DNA of 64,000 nt from positions 203,257 through 267,256 of the forward strand of contig NZ_JACYTQ010000007.1 in the NCBI RefSeq assembly GCF_014841125.1. The letters are read 5' to 3'. The DNA is from Echinicola arenosa (lineage in GTDB: Bacteria > Bacteroidota > Bacteroidia > Cytophagales > Cyclobacteriaceae). Positions 39,741 through 50,331 of this stretch are shown here, piece by piece; position 1 is the stretch's first letter; each line of letters begins with the position of its first letter. The notes beneath the pieces were generated by a model that ran no database searches, was not told where the DNA came from, and saw only the letters and a list, made by a program, of their open reading frames with translations. A program made the position numbers and the translations under genes.

Positions 39741-41291
39741 TTATATTCCTGTTTTGAAATGGCTGTGGTTGGGTTGGCAAAACATGTATCCATGATCAAT
39801 ATAACGACCAGGAGGGTTAGTGGTTAATGGGTTTCGAAGTACATTGATCAATCGGGTATAATCAGCAGGAGGGGTACCGTTTTGAATATCTTGATTTCTG
39901 AGTAAAACTTCATTGTGGAGAATAGTTCCAATGCTACTGGCGAACGTTCCGCAGGCCCCATTTGAAATAGTACTATTTGCATCTGAAGCAGCAAAGCTTG
40001 TGGTGCATTCATAAGGTGCATGGAAGGCTATGTTTTTTGTGGTTACCGTTGCTCTGGCTGCTCTGCCCAAGTTTTCAAGACCGTCTATAATTCTCGGCGT
40101 ACAGCCAGAGTAGCAGGTGATTTCAGTAGTAAACCAAGCACATGTTTTTCTTTTAAGTGCATTGTAATTTCCTGTATGAAATCCATTGCGAAGAACTCCT
40201 GGACCAGCTTGGGCTCCAAACACTCCTGGACAAGGGCTACCATGGCCCCTTACGATTTCCATCACCAGTTCCTTACCAGCTCCAATGGCAAGCCTGTGAG
40301 TGTTGATGGCATTGTTTACAGCAGTATGTTCGTTTCTGTTATGAGTCCTTGCAGCAGTTATGGATGCTTGACTTGGAGAATAAATGGTAAAGCCTCTTAC
40401 AACCGTAGGCGTGGGGATTTCTTTCATATAGGGTGTAATGTGCGTGAGGTTACAGCCCAAGGTAGGCAGTTCATCTGCCATAGGATCTGCATCAAATTCA
40501 AACCAAACTTTTTTGGAATAATCTATGACCAGTGCTTCACAGCCTCCCCCTCTTTGTGGACATTCCAGGGGTGATGGTGGTGTAGGAGGAGTGATTACTA
40601 TACTGCTGTCTTCGACGGCTTCAGTTTCTTTATCTAAATAACCTATGGGCAGATAGAGATGATAATTGTTTTTTAAGCCGACTTTCAGTCTTAAATCAAA
40701 ATATTCCATATCTAAGTCAGGTGGGAGATGGATGTCAAATACCGCTTCGCTTTGGCCAACCTCAATGGGGTATTCTTTATAAGTTGAATAAATAGAGATG
40801 TCCAATTCCTCATAGTTTGGGATAAAAAACTGAAAATGCCCATTTTGTAAATCAAGATAATTGGCTGCTATCCAGAAGTTGGAAAAGGAACAGGAAAAGT
40901 AAGGTTGACTATATAAAGTAAACTCATCACCTTGACTTTTTTCCAGGAAGCTTGCTAGCAGGGAGCGGTCTTCATCATTGATTTCTCCATTGGCATTGAT
41001 GTCCGCAGCGATAGCACAGGGGATTTGATCAATACTTCCAGAATTGAGCATATTATTGATAGTGTTGATGTCGTCGGTATCTACCTTCATATCTTCATTG
41101 ATGTCTCCCATGATAAATAAGGGCGTGAAGTTGGCCGGTAAATTTTTCAAGGCCGTTCCTGGTTCCGAAACAGGAACATGGTTGACGAGCGTTTCTTCAG
41201 AAATAGTGATATTACTTTGCTCTCTTTGGTTTCCTCCTTCGCACGAAAACAGCAGAAGTACTGTTACGAGGTTTGCTATGTAGGATTTCAT
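39741..41291 (-). CDS. lipoprotein with dockerin-like Ca-binding repeats and Cys-rich C-terminal domain, function unknown
   Basis: Lipobox LLFSCEGG. Two D-x-N/D-x-D-G repeats (DINEDMKVDTDDINTINNML / ADINANGEINDEDRSLLASFL) resemble dockerin type I / EF-hand-like pairs. C-terminal ~250 aa is rich in C, G, T and N. Confidence 0.45.
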   Translation of the reverse strand: MKSYIANLVTVLLLFSCEGGNQREQSNITISEETLVNHVPVSEPGTALKNLPANFTPLFIMGDINEDMKVDTDDINTINNMLNSGSIDQIPCAIAADINANGEINDEDRSLLASFLEKSQGDEFTLYSQPYFSCSFSNFWIAANYLDLQNGHFQFFIPNYEELDISIYSTYKEYPIEVGQSEAVFDIHLPPDLDMEYFDLRLKVGLKNNYHLYLPIGYLDKETEAVEDSSIVITPPTPPSPLECPQRGGGCEALVIDYSKKVWFEFDADPMADELPTLGCNLTHITPYMKEIPTPTVVRGFTIYSPSQASITAARTHNRNEHTAVNNAINTHRLAIGAGKELVMEIVRGHGSPCPGVFGAQAGPGVLRNGFHTGNYNALKRKTCAWFTTEITCYSGCTPRIIDGLENLGRAARATVTTKNIAFHAPYECTTSFAASDANSTISNGACGTFASSIGTILHNEVLLRNQDIQNGTPPADYTRLINVLRNPLTTNPPGRYIDHGYMFCQPNHSHFKTGI

Positions 41292-41537
41292 GACTTTGGG
41301 TTTATAGTTATTTAGGGGCTTGGAATATAGGCTGCTTTGTTTTCTATTCAGTTTGGTTGAATAGAACCTTGGTGCATCAAAAAGAAAATATCAGATCATC
41401 TAATAGTTATTCCTTTAGGTAATAAAATAAGTGTATTAAGTATTAAATTACAAAAATATAGCTAAAAATGCTAGAGTTGAAATGCTTAAAGATAAATAGA
41501 GCGATCCAAACCCGGATTTGAACCGCTCTATGTTTTG

Positions 41538-44000
41538 TTAAAATTCCTTTTCTCCGAATTCGCTCTTGATGAAGCGTGATTTATTTTTTAACTCATTGAA
41601 GGTAAAGCTAATATTGATCATGATCATATCCACTTCGTAGACATAATTGGTAGTGGTGTAGAATTCATTTTCCCTCCATGTAGTGATTCGCTGCTCATTG
41701 GTATCCAAAAGGCCAAGGTCCATATTTAACCACTGCAAGGTAGTACTCAGCCTGCCATCCAAAAATGTCTTTTTTAAGGTAAGGTTAGGGGAAAAGAACC
41801 TTGAATCCTCACCTTGGGCAGTATTTCTATCAGAAAGATAATTTAAGGTCCACTGTAATTTTAAGGAAGAGGAAAGGTCAAAACTTGTGTTGGCATTGAT
41901 GGAGTAAACCCAGCTTGAAGTGTCAATAGGCCTATCATCAAATGTTCCTTTGATGATATACTGATAGATGTTGCCGCTGGCAAAAATGTTCCACCATTTG
42001 GTCGGGTTGAGCTCTATTCCTGCTTCAAGTCCCAGTGATTTTCCAGTGCCTACATTGGAGTAAATCCTGTTGAGGATAGTGTCATTATAAACTGTATTGA
42101 CTCTATTTACCAGGTTTTGGATATGGCTGTAGTAAGTGGTAGCAAAGAATGAGTTTTTCCCAAAGTCTTTGACCAACCCCAATTCAGTTAAGTCTACAAA
42201 TTCAGGCAAGAGGGTTGGGTCACCTTGCTCCAATGTTTCGGAGTGTTCTCTTTCAGGAAAGGGGTTCATTTTAAAAGTGGTTGTCCTTTGAACTCTTTTA
42301 CTGTAGGCTGCTTTTAATGTTAGGTCCTCATTGAAGGCATACTGTAAAGTGGCTGAAGGGTAAAGTTTGACAAAGTCATAGTAATACGTAGTGTCCACTG
42401 TTCCAGCTTTGTCTTTAAGATCCAATTCCCTATCCATATATTCTAGCCTAAGTCCTGCGGAGTAGCTCCATTTGTCTTTTTCACCAGAGAGCTGCCCATA
42501 GCCAGAATGGATTTGTCTGGTGAGGTCCACGTTGCTTGAAAATTCCGGCACCAATTCATATTCACCTGTTTCATTATTCTTTCTTTCATAGACAAAATCA
42601 CCGGTATGGTTAAGGTTTCTAAACTGATAGCCTGTTTCGAAAGTACCTATGCTCCAAGGTGCTGCCTTATAATCTGTTTGAAACCTCACTCCGTGAAGGG
42701 GGTTGTCATTAGTATTGTATTCGTCCTGGTATACAATGTCAGTATCTGGATAGCCTAGGTTTAGGTTGGTTGTTGGACCACCCAACATGGTATATTCATA
42801 TAAAAAGGAAGAGCTTAAGTTGGCCTTATTTTTAAATGTGTGGCTATAGTCAAAACTTCCTAAGACAAAATCTCCTCTGCGGATTCGAAGGTTCTCATTA
42901 TAGTATTGCATAGAGTAAATGGTTTCCCCATTTACTTCTGCGTGATTGTCATAATAAATAATGTCAGCAGTTCTATCTTTGCTTCTTTTACCGCCATAGA
43001 AACCAAGGCTAAAAGTATTAGACTCATTGGGAGTGTATCCCACCGTAAATCTTCCTGAATAACTTTTCTCATCAAAACTTCTTTCCCCATCTGAAGGGAA
43101 ATAAGTAGTGGTATCTCCATCGATGGTGTAGACATTTCCTTCTCTTCTTCCTGCAAGATCATTTCTTAGATAGCTGGCCCCAAAAGAAATGTCCCAATCG
43201 TTTTTCCGGTGATTGATGGTGAAGTCAGCACCATATCTGACTGCATTTTGCTTATTGTCATAATCCTGAACGCTGGGCAGGCCAATTTTGGTATTGGCTT
43301 GAACAAAGGTGCCGTCAGTTGCTCCTATGGATGTGATGATGTTGATAATCCCTGCTTTTCCCTCTGGATCATATTTTGCCGATGGGGCAGTCACCAATTC
43401 CACATTTTGAATGCTGTTGGCGGGAATCTGGCCTAAGATTAAAGCTGGGTCAGTCTGAACAGGCTTGCCATTGATCATTACCACAAAGCCTGTGGTGCCC
43501 CTTACAGAAATATTTCCACTGGCATCGATAGTCAAAGAAGGGAGGTTTCGCAGAACGTCATTGGCTGTGCCGCCCTGACTGGATTGGAAGCTATTGGCCT
43601 CATAGACCTGTCGGTCTATTTTGTGCATGGTGGTAAAAGCCTTGCCTGTGATTTCTACTTCCTCTAATAGTTGTTGGTTGGGAGAGAGTAAGATAGTTTT
43701 CAAATCCAAGATCTCAGATTTTGCAATCGTTATATTTTCAACAACTGTTTTGTCATAACCCATAAACTGGGCAATCAAGTAATAGTCGCCTTTTTGCTGA
43801 TCTAAGATTTCAAATTGTCCTTCTGCATTGGTTACCGTTCCAGCAACGAGACTACTGTCTTTGGTGGCGTATAAGGCGATGTTGGCATATTCAAGAGGAA
43901 GAGCTTCTTGGGCGTCTTTTAAAGTGCCTTTGATGCCTGTCTGGGCCATGCAAAGCCCGCTTAATAAAAATAGTAATGAGGATAGTATTGTTTTACTCAT
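41538..44000 (-). CDS. TonB-dependent-receptor-like outer-membrane beta-barrel protein with N-terminal carboxypeptidase-regulatory-like domain
   Basis: Signal peptide; the CarbopepD_reg-like N-terminus (GIKGTLKDAQEALPLEYANIALYATKDSSLVAGTVTNAEGQFEI) is a Bacteroidota TBDR hallmark. 820 aa, C-terminal aromatic residue. Confidence 0.7.
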   Translation of the reverse strand: MSKTILSSLLFLLSGLCMAQTGIKGTLKDAQEALPLEYANIALYATKDSSLVAGTVTNAEGQFEILDQQKGDYYLIAQFMGYDKTVVENITIAKSEILDLKTILLSPNQQLLEEVEITGKAFTTMHKIDRQVYEANSFQSSQGGTANDVLRNLPSLTIDASGNISVRGTTGFVVMINGKPVQTDPALILGQIPANSIQNVELVTAPSAKYDPEGKAGIINIITSIGATDGTFVQANTKIGLPSVQDYDNKQNAVRYGADFTINHRKNDWDISFGASYLRNDLAGRREGNVYTIDGDTTTYFPSDGERSFDEKSYSGRFTVGYTPNESNTFSLGFYGGKRSKDRTADIIYYDNHAEVNGETIYSMQYYNENLRIRRGDFVLGSFDYSHTFKNKANLSSSFLYEYTMLGGPTTNLNLGYPDTDIVYQDEYNTNDNPLHGVRFQTDYKAAPWSIGTFETGYQFRNLNHTGDFVYERKNNETGEYELVPEFSSNVDLTRQIHSGYGQLSGEKDKWSYSAGLRLEYMDRELDLKDKAGTVDTTYYYDFVKLYPSATLQYAFNEDLTLKAAYSKRVQRTTTFKMNPFPEREHSETLEQGDPTLLPEFVDLTELGLVKDFGKNSFFATTYYSHIQNLVNRVNTVYNDTILNRIYSNVGTGKSLGLEAGIELNPTKWWNIFASGNIYQYIIKGTFDDRPIDTSSWVYSINANTSFDLSSSLKLQWTLNYLSDRNTAQGEDSRFFSPNLTLKKTFLDGRLSTTLQWLNMDLGLLDTNEQRITTWRENEFYTTTNYVYEVDMIMINISFTFNELKNKSRFIKSEFGEKEF

Positions 44001-44072
44001 GGAAATAATTATTTCCTACAAAGCAACAGGGATAGCTACTGAATTTACGGTAAAAACTATCCCATTATGGTA

Positions 44073-44879
44073 TTATCGGGCAATTGCCTTAGATCTGTAT
44101 TCCAGAGGAGTCAGCGTGGTTAATGATTTGAAGAATTTTACAAAATTTGATGAATCTGTAAAGTTAAGCTTATAGGCTATTTCAGTAACATTGCTACTCG
44201 TATGTGTCAGAAGGTTTTTAGCCTCTATCAGTAATCTTTCTTTGATTACTTCCCTCGCTGTGGCATTTACAGACATTTTGCAAACCTTATTCAAACGCTT
44301 AAGGGACATGTTCATCATTTTGGCATATTCTTCTGCGTGATTGGCTTCCATAAAATGCTCATTCAGCAGTTGCTTGAAATGTGCAAAGTCACTGGTAACA
44401 CTTGGATTATTGGGCTTGCTTTTCTGGGAGAGGGAATGGCTCTTGATAACTACTAAGTTGAGAAAAGCTGTCAATAAGTCATCATCCCCTTTGTTTTTAA
44501 AGGCATGGTAGAAGTCTTCGAGAATTTTGAAAAAAGCACCTTCGTCTTGAATTTTAAAATGTTTTGGAAATTGGAAAAGGCAGTTTAACGCCTTGGGATA
44601 ATGGCTGAGTACTTCTTCTTTGAACAAAACCACAAAACCATCAGGAACTTTAGAAAAGTCCCAGCAGTGAACCTGTCCAGGTCCCAAGTAGAAACCTGTA
44701 GGCGGCACCACATCAAACGTTTCATCTCCTATGGTGTGTTGACCGGAACCTTTGGAAAGAAAAATAAGCTCATGATAACCTGCATGCTTGTGAGGCTTTG
44801 TAGGTTTGATCACTGGCTTCATTCTGGATATTTTCAAAACCAGTTCATCATCGAGCTTTTTCTTAAAATTGAAATCCAT
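44073..44879 (-). CDS. AraC-family transcriptional regulator
   Basis: Cupin-like N-terminus; C-terminal AraC HTH pair (...MSLKRLNKVCKMSVNATAREVIKERLLIEAKNLLTHTSSNVTEIAYKLNFTDSSNFVKFFK...). Confidence 0.8.
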   Translation of the reverse strand: MDFNFKKKLDDELVLKISRMKPVIKPTKPHKHAGYHELIFLSKGSGQHTIGDETFDVVPPTGFYLGPGQVHCWDFSKVPDGFVVLFKEEVLSHYPKALNCLFQFPKHFKIQDEGAFFKILEDFYHAFKNKGDDDLLTAFLNLVVIKSHSLSQKSKPNNPSVTSDFAHFKQLLNEHFMEANHAEEYAKMMNMSLKRLNKVCKMSVNATAREVIKERLLIEAKNLLTHTSSNVTEIAYKLNFTDSSNFVKFFKSLTTLTPLEYRSKAIAR

Positions 44880-45029
44880 GGGATAGGAAATGAGGCTTAG
44901 GTTAGAATCGATTTATACTTCGAAATTACAATCAAATTTTCAAATTGATAGTTTTCTTTTATAAATGGTAATTCGGGCTTTTGACTCCTTTATTTTCTGA
45001 ATTCAATACCTTGTCAAACTCTCATAAAA

Positions 45030-45950
45030 CTATTCAGTTTGTGTAAATTTTTTGTAATAATGTGAAATTTCAGCACTTTTTAATCCTTGATGGATAATGA
45101 TCTGGTTTCTAAATTGTAATGGCTCACCTTTAGGTATTCTTATAGGATTTCTACCAGGAAAAGCCATGTTTTGCATGCTTTTGGCACTTCTTAGAATCCA
45201 ACCTTGGTAATGAGTAAGCATTTGGGGCTCACCCATGATGACAATGCCAGATGTAGAGTGATTGTCAAAACTTCCAATTAGGTTCATCCAGGGACCTGCT
45301 TGAACAGGTAAGGTTTGCGGTTCTATTTTTATACCTTCAGAGGAAAATTGAATATCCTCAGGGAGCTTGACTCTTGGGGAAAAGCCACCATAACCTTTTT
45401 GATCTTCTGAACCTCCTAATTCCAGGTTGTCCACCAAAGCATTAAGTTTTATCTCAAAGGTGAGAGCATAAGCACCCTTTTCCAATCGTTCATAAGTGAT
45501 TTTCACATTTTCTCTTAACACTTCACTTTGTCCCAAACTATCCGAAACCCAAGCGACTTCAGCCTCTAATTCACCAACACCATCATTGATATTCATGTTG
45601 GTATTGGTGACTTTCCAAGAAATGCCTTCACAGAACCAAGGATCGGCAATGCGTTTTCCGTTAACATAGAGTTGATGCCAGGTCCAAAAAATTCCCCTAT
45701 GGTGGAAATGGTCCTCAGGAAAGTCCTCCGTTAACACTTCTCCGTTTAGTCCATAAAGGGGATGGACATAATTGGCTCTTGGGTATTTACCATTTAGTGT
45801 TTTTGTGGCTGTTTGGTAAAAATATCTTGGCTGGTTGTTTTCTTTCAAAAGTATCCCTTCAGAAGTCTTTTCAAAAGCCAACTCCTGGGCAACTGAATTA
45901 ATATGAACCAAAAAGCTGGAAAGGAAGATAAAGAGAAGTTTGGTTTTCAT
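45030..45950 (-). CDS. PmoA-like (DUF6807) secreted protein
   Basis: Signal peptide; HFHHRGIFWTWHQL motif typical of the so-called methane-oxygenase PmoA family commonly found near Gfo/Idh/MocA genes in Bacteroidota. Confidence 0.45.
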   Translation of the reverse strand: MKTKLLFIFLSSFLVHINSVAQELAFEKTSEGILLKENNQPRYFYQTATKTLNGKYPRANYVHPLYGLNGEVLTEDFPEDHFHHRGIFWTWHQLYVNGKRIADPWFCEGISWKVTNTNMNINDGVGELEAEVAWVSDSLGQSEVLRENVKITYERLEKGAYALTFEIKLNALVDNLELGGSEDQKGYGGFSPRVKLPEDIQFSSEGIKIEPQTLPVQAGPWMNLIGSFDNHSTSGIVIMGEPQMLTHYQGWILRSAKSMQNMAFPGRNPIRIPKGEPLQFRNQIIIHQGLKSAEISHYYKKFTQTE

Positions 45951-46046
45951 GGTTGGGTTTAGTGTAAATTTGATGCAATATCTAAAAATAAAAGCAGCAA
46001 ACCGGATTCCCCAATTTGCTGCTTAAATAAATTTAGGAATTAAGGA

Positions 46047-47015
46047 TTACTTTCTTCCAATAGCTTTTTTAGCTGCTTTGACAATATTGTCAGCATTCAA
46101 GCCATATTTCTCGAGCAGATCGGTAGGAGTACCGGATTCACCGAAAGAATCATCTACTCCCACGAATTCCTGTGGAGCGGGATTGTTCCTTACCAAAGTC
46201 TGAGCAACACTATCACCAAGACCACCATTGTACTGGTGTTCTTCGGCGGTTACACAGCAACCAGTCTTGGCTACTGATTGCAAGATTGCTTCAGTATCCA
46301 ATGGCTTGATCGTGTGGATATTGATCACCTCTGCACTGATGCCTTCTTCTCTCAGTTTGGCTTCGGCCACAACTGCTTCCCATACCAAATGACCTGTAGC
46401 AAAGATGGTTACATCAGTACCTTCGATCATTTTCCATGCCTTGCCAATCTCAAATTTTTGATCAGAAGGAGTGAAGATAGGCCATTTAGGACGACCAAAT
46501 CTCAAGTAAACAGGGCCATGGTGTTCCGCAATTGCCATGGTGGCTGCTTTGGTTTGATTGTAATCACAAGGGTTGATTACTGTCATGTTAGGCAACATTT
46601 TCATCATACCCAAGTCTTCCAAAATCTGGTGGGTAGCGCCATCTTCTCCCAAAGTCAAACCTGCGTGTGAAGCACATATTTTAACATTCTTTTCAGAATA
46701 GGCGATGGATTGGCGGATTTGGTCATAAACCCGACCAGTGGAGAAGTTGGCGAAAGTACCTGTAAAAGGAATTTTTCCATTGATGCTCATACCAGCAGCG
46801 AGGCCCATCATATTGGCCTCAGCAATGCCTACTTGGAAGAACCTCTCTGGAAATTCTTTTTGGAAAGCACCCATTTTAAGGGAACCGATCAAGTCAGCAC
46901 ATAGCCCGACAACATTTGGGTTTTTACGTCCAGCTTCCAAAAGCCCATCACCGAAACCGGAACGGGTGTCGCTTTTTTCTGTATAGGTGAATTTAGTATC
47001 TAAAGTCTTTTCCAT
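46047..47015 (-). CDS. transketolase, C-terminal (pyrimidine-binding) subunit
   Basis: 322 aa, ...GATHQILEDLGMMKMLPNMTVINPCD...; split-type transketolase. Confidence 0.9.
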   Translation of the reverse strand: MEKTLDTKFTYTEKSDTRSGFGDGLLEAGRKNPNVVGLCADLIGSLKMGAFQKEFPERFFQVGIAEANMMGLAAGMSINGKIPFTGTFANFSTGRVYDQIRQSIAYSEKNVKICASHAGLTLGEDGATHQILEDLGMMKMLPNMTVINPCDYNQTKAATMAIAEHHGPVYLRFGRPKWPIFTPSDQKFEIGKAWKMIEGTDVTIFATGHLVWEAVVAEAKLREEGISAEVINIHTIKPLDTEAILQSVAKTGCCVTAEEHQYNGGLGDSVAQTLVRNNPAPQEFVGVDDSFGESGTPTDLLEKYGLNADNIVKAAKKAIGRK

Positions 47016-47082
47016 TTTTTGATCTGTTAAGCCACAGTCTAATAATAACCATTTGGCTGTGGTTGGTTAACGGTTTTGTTGA

Positions 47083-47934
47083 TTAGTAGTCACCAAGGGT
47101 TTCTTCCAATTGGCCCAAAGCATTTTCCAATTGCTCATCACTTGGAGCAATACCATGCCATTTGTGTGTACCAACCATAAAGTCTACACCATAGCCCATT
47201 TCAGTATGAAGCAGGTTCAATACCGGCTTACCTTTACCCAAGAGTGTTCTGGCGTATTCCAAACCAGCCAGTACAGATTCCATATCATTGCCTTTAAGGG
47301 TATCAATCACTTCCCAACCAAAGGCTTCCCACTTGGCTTTTAAGTCATTTAAGTTCATAACAACGTTGGTAGGGCCGTCGATCTGCTGTCCATTAAAGTC
47401 AATGGTAGCGATCAAATTATCTACTTTGTGGTGAGGGGCATACATGGCCGCCTCCCAGATTTGACCTTCTTGCTGTTCTCCATCTCCCATAAGGGCGTAA
47501 ACAACGCCTTCATCTCCATCTATTTTTTTGGCTTGTGCCGCTCCGATAGCAACAGATAGTCCTTGTCCCAACGATCCAGAGGCGATTCTAATGCCTGGAA
47601 GACCTTCCTCAGTGGCAGGGTGGCCTTGAAGTCTGCTGTTTATTTTTCTGAATGTTTTAAGCTCAGCTGTATCAAAATATCCGCTTCTGGCAAGCACACT
47701 GTACCAAACCGGAGAGATGTGTCCGTTGGATAGGAAGAATAAGTCTTCGCCTTTTCCTTCGATTTTGAAGTCATTGTTATGGTTCAATTGGTTGAAGTAA
47801 AGTGCCACGAAAAATTCGGTACATCCTAATGAGGCACCTGGGTGTCCGGACTGTACTTCGTGAACCATACGCAAAATGTCACGTCTCACTTGTGAGGCGG
47901 TCTTTTTTAGTTGTTCGGTTGATAGCTTTTCCAT
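47083..47934 (-). CDS. transketolase, N-terminal (TPP-binding) subunit
   Basis: 283 aa, ...SGHPGASLGCTEFFVALYF...GDGEQQEGQIWEAAMYAPHHKVDNL... Confidence 0.9.
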   Translation of the reverse strand: MEKLSTEQLKKTASQVRRDILRMVHEVQSGHPGASLGCTEFFVALYFNQLNHNNDFKIEGKGEDLFFLSNGHISPVWYSVLARSGYFDTAELKTFRKINSRLQGHPATEEGLPGIRIASGSLGQGLSVAIGAAQAKKIDGDEGVVYALMGDGEQQEGQIWEAAMYAPHHKVDNLIATIDFNGQQIDGPTNVVMNLNDLKAKWEAFGWEVIDTLKGNDMESVLAGLEYARTLLGKGKPVLNLLHTEMGYGVDFMVGTHKWHGIAPSDEQLENALGQLEETLGDY

Positions 47935-47944
47935 TTTAAAGGAA

Positions 47945-48394
47945 TTATTTAAGTATTTGATTTGAATGTTCTTTGGTTTTTACTTTTTCGATGATTTCGG
48001 CAATTTTGCCTTTTTCATCGATAACAAAAGTAGTTCTAACAGTCCCCATATAAGTCCTGCCATAGTTTTTCTTTTCTCTCCAAGTATTGTAAAGCTCATG
48101 AACAGTCTTGTCTTCATCTGCAATGAGTGGGAAAAGAAGTTCAAATTTTTCGATGAACTTCTTATGGGATTTTTCAGAATCAGTACTGATCCCCAAAACA
48201 ATATACCCAGCTTTAAGAAGCGAATCATAATTGTCTCTCAAATCGCATGCTTGAGCAGTACAGCCTGGCGTATTGTCTTTGGGATAAAAATATAAAACTA
48301 CCTTTTTGCCGAGATAATCGGACAATTTGATAGTGTTGCCATCTTGGTCTTTTGCTTCGAAATCAGGTGCCTTATTTCCTACTTCTAATGACAT
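47945..48394 (-). CDS. bcp: thioredoxin-dependent peroxiredoxin Bcp
   Basis: 149 aa, peroxidatic Cys context YPKDNTPGCTAQAC. Confidence 0.85.
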   Translation of the reverse strand: MSLEVGNKAPDFEAKDQDGNTIKLSDYLGKKVVLYFYPKDNTPGCTAQACDLRDNYDSLLKAGYIVLGISTDSEKSHKKFIEKFELLFPLIADEDKTVHELYNTWREKKNYGRTYMGTVRTTFVIDEKGKIAEIIEKVKTKEHSNQILK

Positions 48395-48459
48395 GTTATT
48401 TTAGTTTATGAGTTAAGTGTTTTTTTGACATTTAAATTTGATAATTATTTTCTAAAAAT

Positions 48460-50331
48460 CTAGAGCTTCCTGCTAAAAACAACAGAATTTCCTGCATTAT
48501 CGGTTACTTTCAATTCAAACTGCCCTTTGAAAGGGGCTTTGTCAATCTTTTCTGTCCAAATGACACCGCTTTTATGTTCAAATCGCAAAATAACCCATTT
48601 TCCATCAATTCTGGCCTCAAAACTATGAATCCCTGAAAGATTGTCCCTAATGGAAAATCTAAGTTGGGATGAATTAATCCTAATGGGGCGAATAGTAGGC
48701 GCTATATCATCCTCAGCGAGTACAAAAGTACCAAAATTTTTGGTTTTGAAGATAATATGGTCATTGGTCCATTCTCCCCCTACAAAACGCTTATAACCGT
48801 TGGCATAAAGTTGATAAACATCTACATACTCTTTGGGTCTATTATAGGAGGAAACATCCATACTAACGGTTATTTCCTCTCTTAGGTAGCCATCCCGGTC
48901 ATCGTTGATTTTAATGGAGGGACGTCCGTTGTAGCTTCCACTTTCTGTGTAAAGAAATAGTGTTTCTAACAAACTATTCTCTTCCGTTTGGACAATGGTG
49001 TGGCCATCATTGTAATAATATTCTTTGTTGAAAGGGATTTTTGCTTGAACCTTAGGGTAAATGATTTCAGTGCACACGTCTATTGAATCCGGAATACCAT
49101 ACTCCATATCCCATATATAGGTCCTATACCTTGGGTCTTCATAGGAAAGCATTACGTCCATCATCAGTCCGCTCACATAGAAGGTAGCCATTTTGTTGGT
49201 CTCCTGCTTATCCGCTCTGACAATCATCCAATTATGCTCAAAATCTACTTTGCTTCTTGAAGCAGAATAAGTACTTATTGCATGGTTTTCTTTTTCGCCT
49301 TTAAATTTTAAAGATAGATTGCGTCTATTGCCAAACACATCTTCTAAAACCACGTCAACATCCTTAATACTATCAGGACTGACTTCAATGGCCCCACTGA
49401 AAAGGCTGTCAGGGCTATAATAATCGAATTGATTATAGGGTGTGGTATAAAGTTTCGTGTAACTGTTTTGGTGGGTATGGCTCAATAAAAACCTACCAAG
49501 ATTGAAATCTATTTTATCAACATTGAGGTCAAAAGTCTTGATTCCACTTTCATAGATTTCAAAATGTGGAAAACCGTTTTGGTTATATGCACCGTCTAAT
49601 TTATCATATGCCCTTACTTCGATTCCTACTTTTCCAGTAATTTCGATCGGTTTGTCAATAACAAACTCATTTCCTCTAAAGTTTAAGCGAAGCACAGTTC
49701 TTTGGAATTGTCCGTTTACCCTGCTTTCTAAAGTAAGGGGTGTAATGGCAATGGTCCTGAATGTAGGAGGGGTAGTATCCTTGATTTCACTAAAGCCAAA
49801 CTTTAGCGGATCCAATGCCCTGTCCAAGCTGTCTCGGATTTCAAAATGAAGGTGGGGGCCTCCTGAGCTTCCCGTATTTCCAGAGTAGGCGATGATTTCC
49901 CCTTTTTTTACAGGTAGTGCCGAGGCTTCAGGGTAAACTTCTAAGGAATTTTCCTCAGCGTCAGCCATCTTTTGCCACATGTATTTTGCGATTTTGGCGT
50001 TAAAATCTCTAAGGTGACCATAAAGTGTGTATTGCCCATTCGTATGTTTTAAATAAATCACATTCCCATAACCATAAGTAGATATCTTCATCCGGTAAAC
50101 ATATCCATCTGCGGCAGCGTAGACCGGCAAACCCTGTCTACCATCGGTTTTGATGTCGATTCCACTGTGAAAGTGGTTAGGGCGAATTTCACTCATATTT
50201 CCGGAAAGGTAATTTCGCTCTCCTGGCTTAATGGGGAATTGATAATAATTTTTATCTACCTGCGAAAAACCAACGGATGACAAAGCCCAGAAAAGAAAAA
50301 GGAACAGGAATTTATTTAATCTCAAAATCAA
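48460..50331 (-). CDS. M23-family metallopeptidase with large C-terminal extension
   Basis: Signal peptide; HFHSGIDIK ... GNTGSSGGPHLHFEIR (HxxxD / HxH M23 motifs). 623 aa. Confidence 0.75.
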   Translation of the reverse strand: MILRLNKFLFLFLFWALSSVGFSQVDKNYYQFPIKPGERNYLSGNMSEIRPNHFHSGIDIKTDGRQGLPVYAAADGYVYRMKISTYGYGNVIYLKHTNGQYTLYGHLRDFNAKIAKYMWQKMADAEENSLEVYPEASALPVKKGEIIAYSGNTGSSGGPHLHFEIRDSLDRALDPLKFGFSEIKDTTPPTFRTIAITPLTLESRVNGQFQRTVLRLNFRGNEFVIDKPIEITGKVGIEVRAYDKLDGAYNQNGFPHFEIYESGIKTFDLNVDKIDFNLGRFLLSHTHQNSYTKLYTTPYNQFDYYSPDSLFSGAIEVSPDSIKDVDVVLEDVFGNRRNLSLKFKGEKENHAISTYSASRSKVDFEHNWMIVRADKQETNKMATFYVSGLMMDVMLSYEDPRYRTYIWDMEYGIPDSIDVCTEIIYPKVQAKIPFNKEYYYNDGHTIVQTEENSLLETLFLYTESGSYNGRPSIKINDDRDGYLREEITVSMDVSSYNRPKEYVDVYQLYANGYKRFVGGEWTNDHIIFKTKNFGTFVLAEDDIAPTIRPIRINSSQLRFSIRDNLSGIHSFEARIDGKWVILRFEHKSGVIWTEKIDKAPFKGQFELKVTDNAGNSVVFSRKL

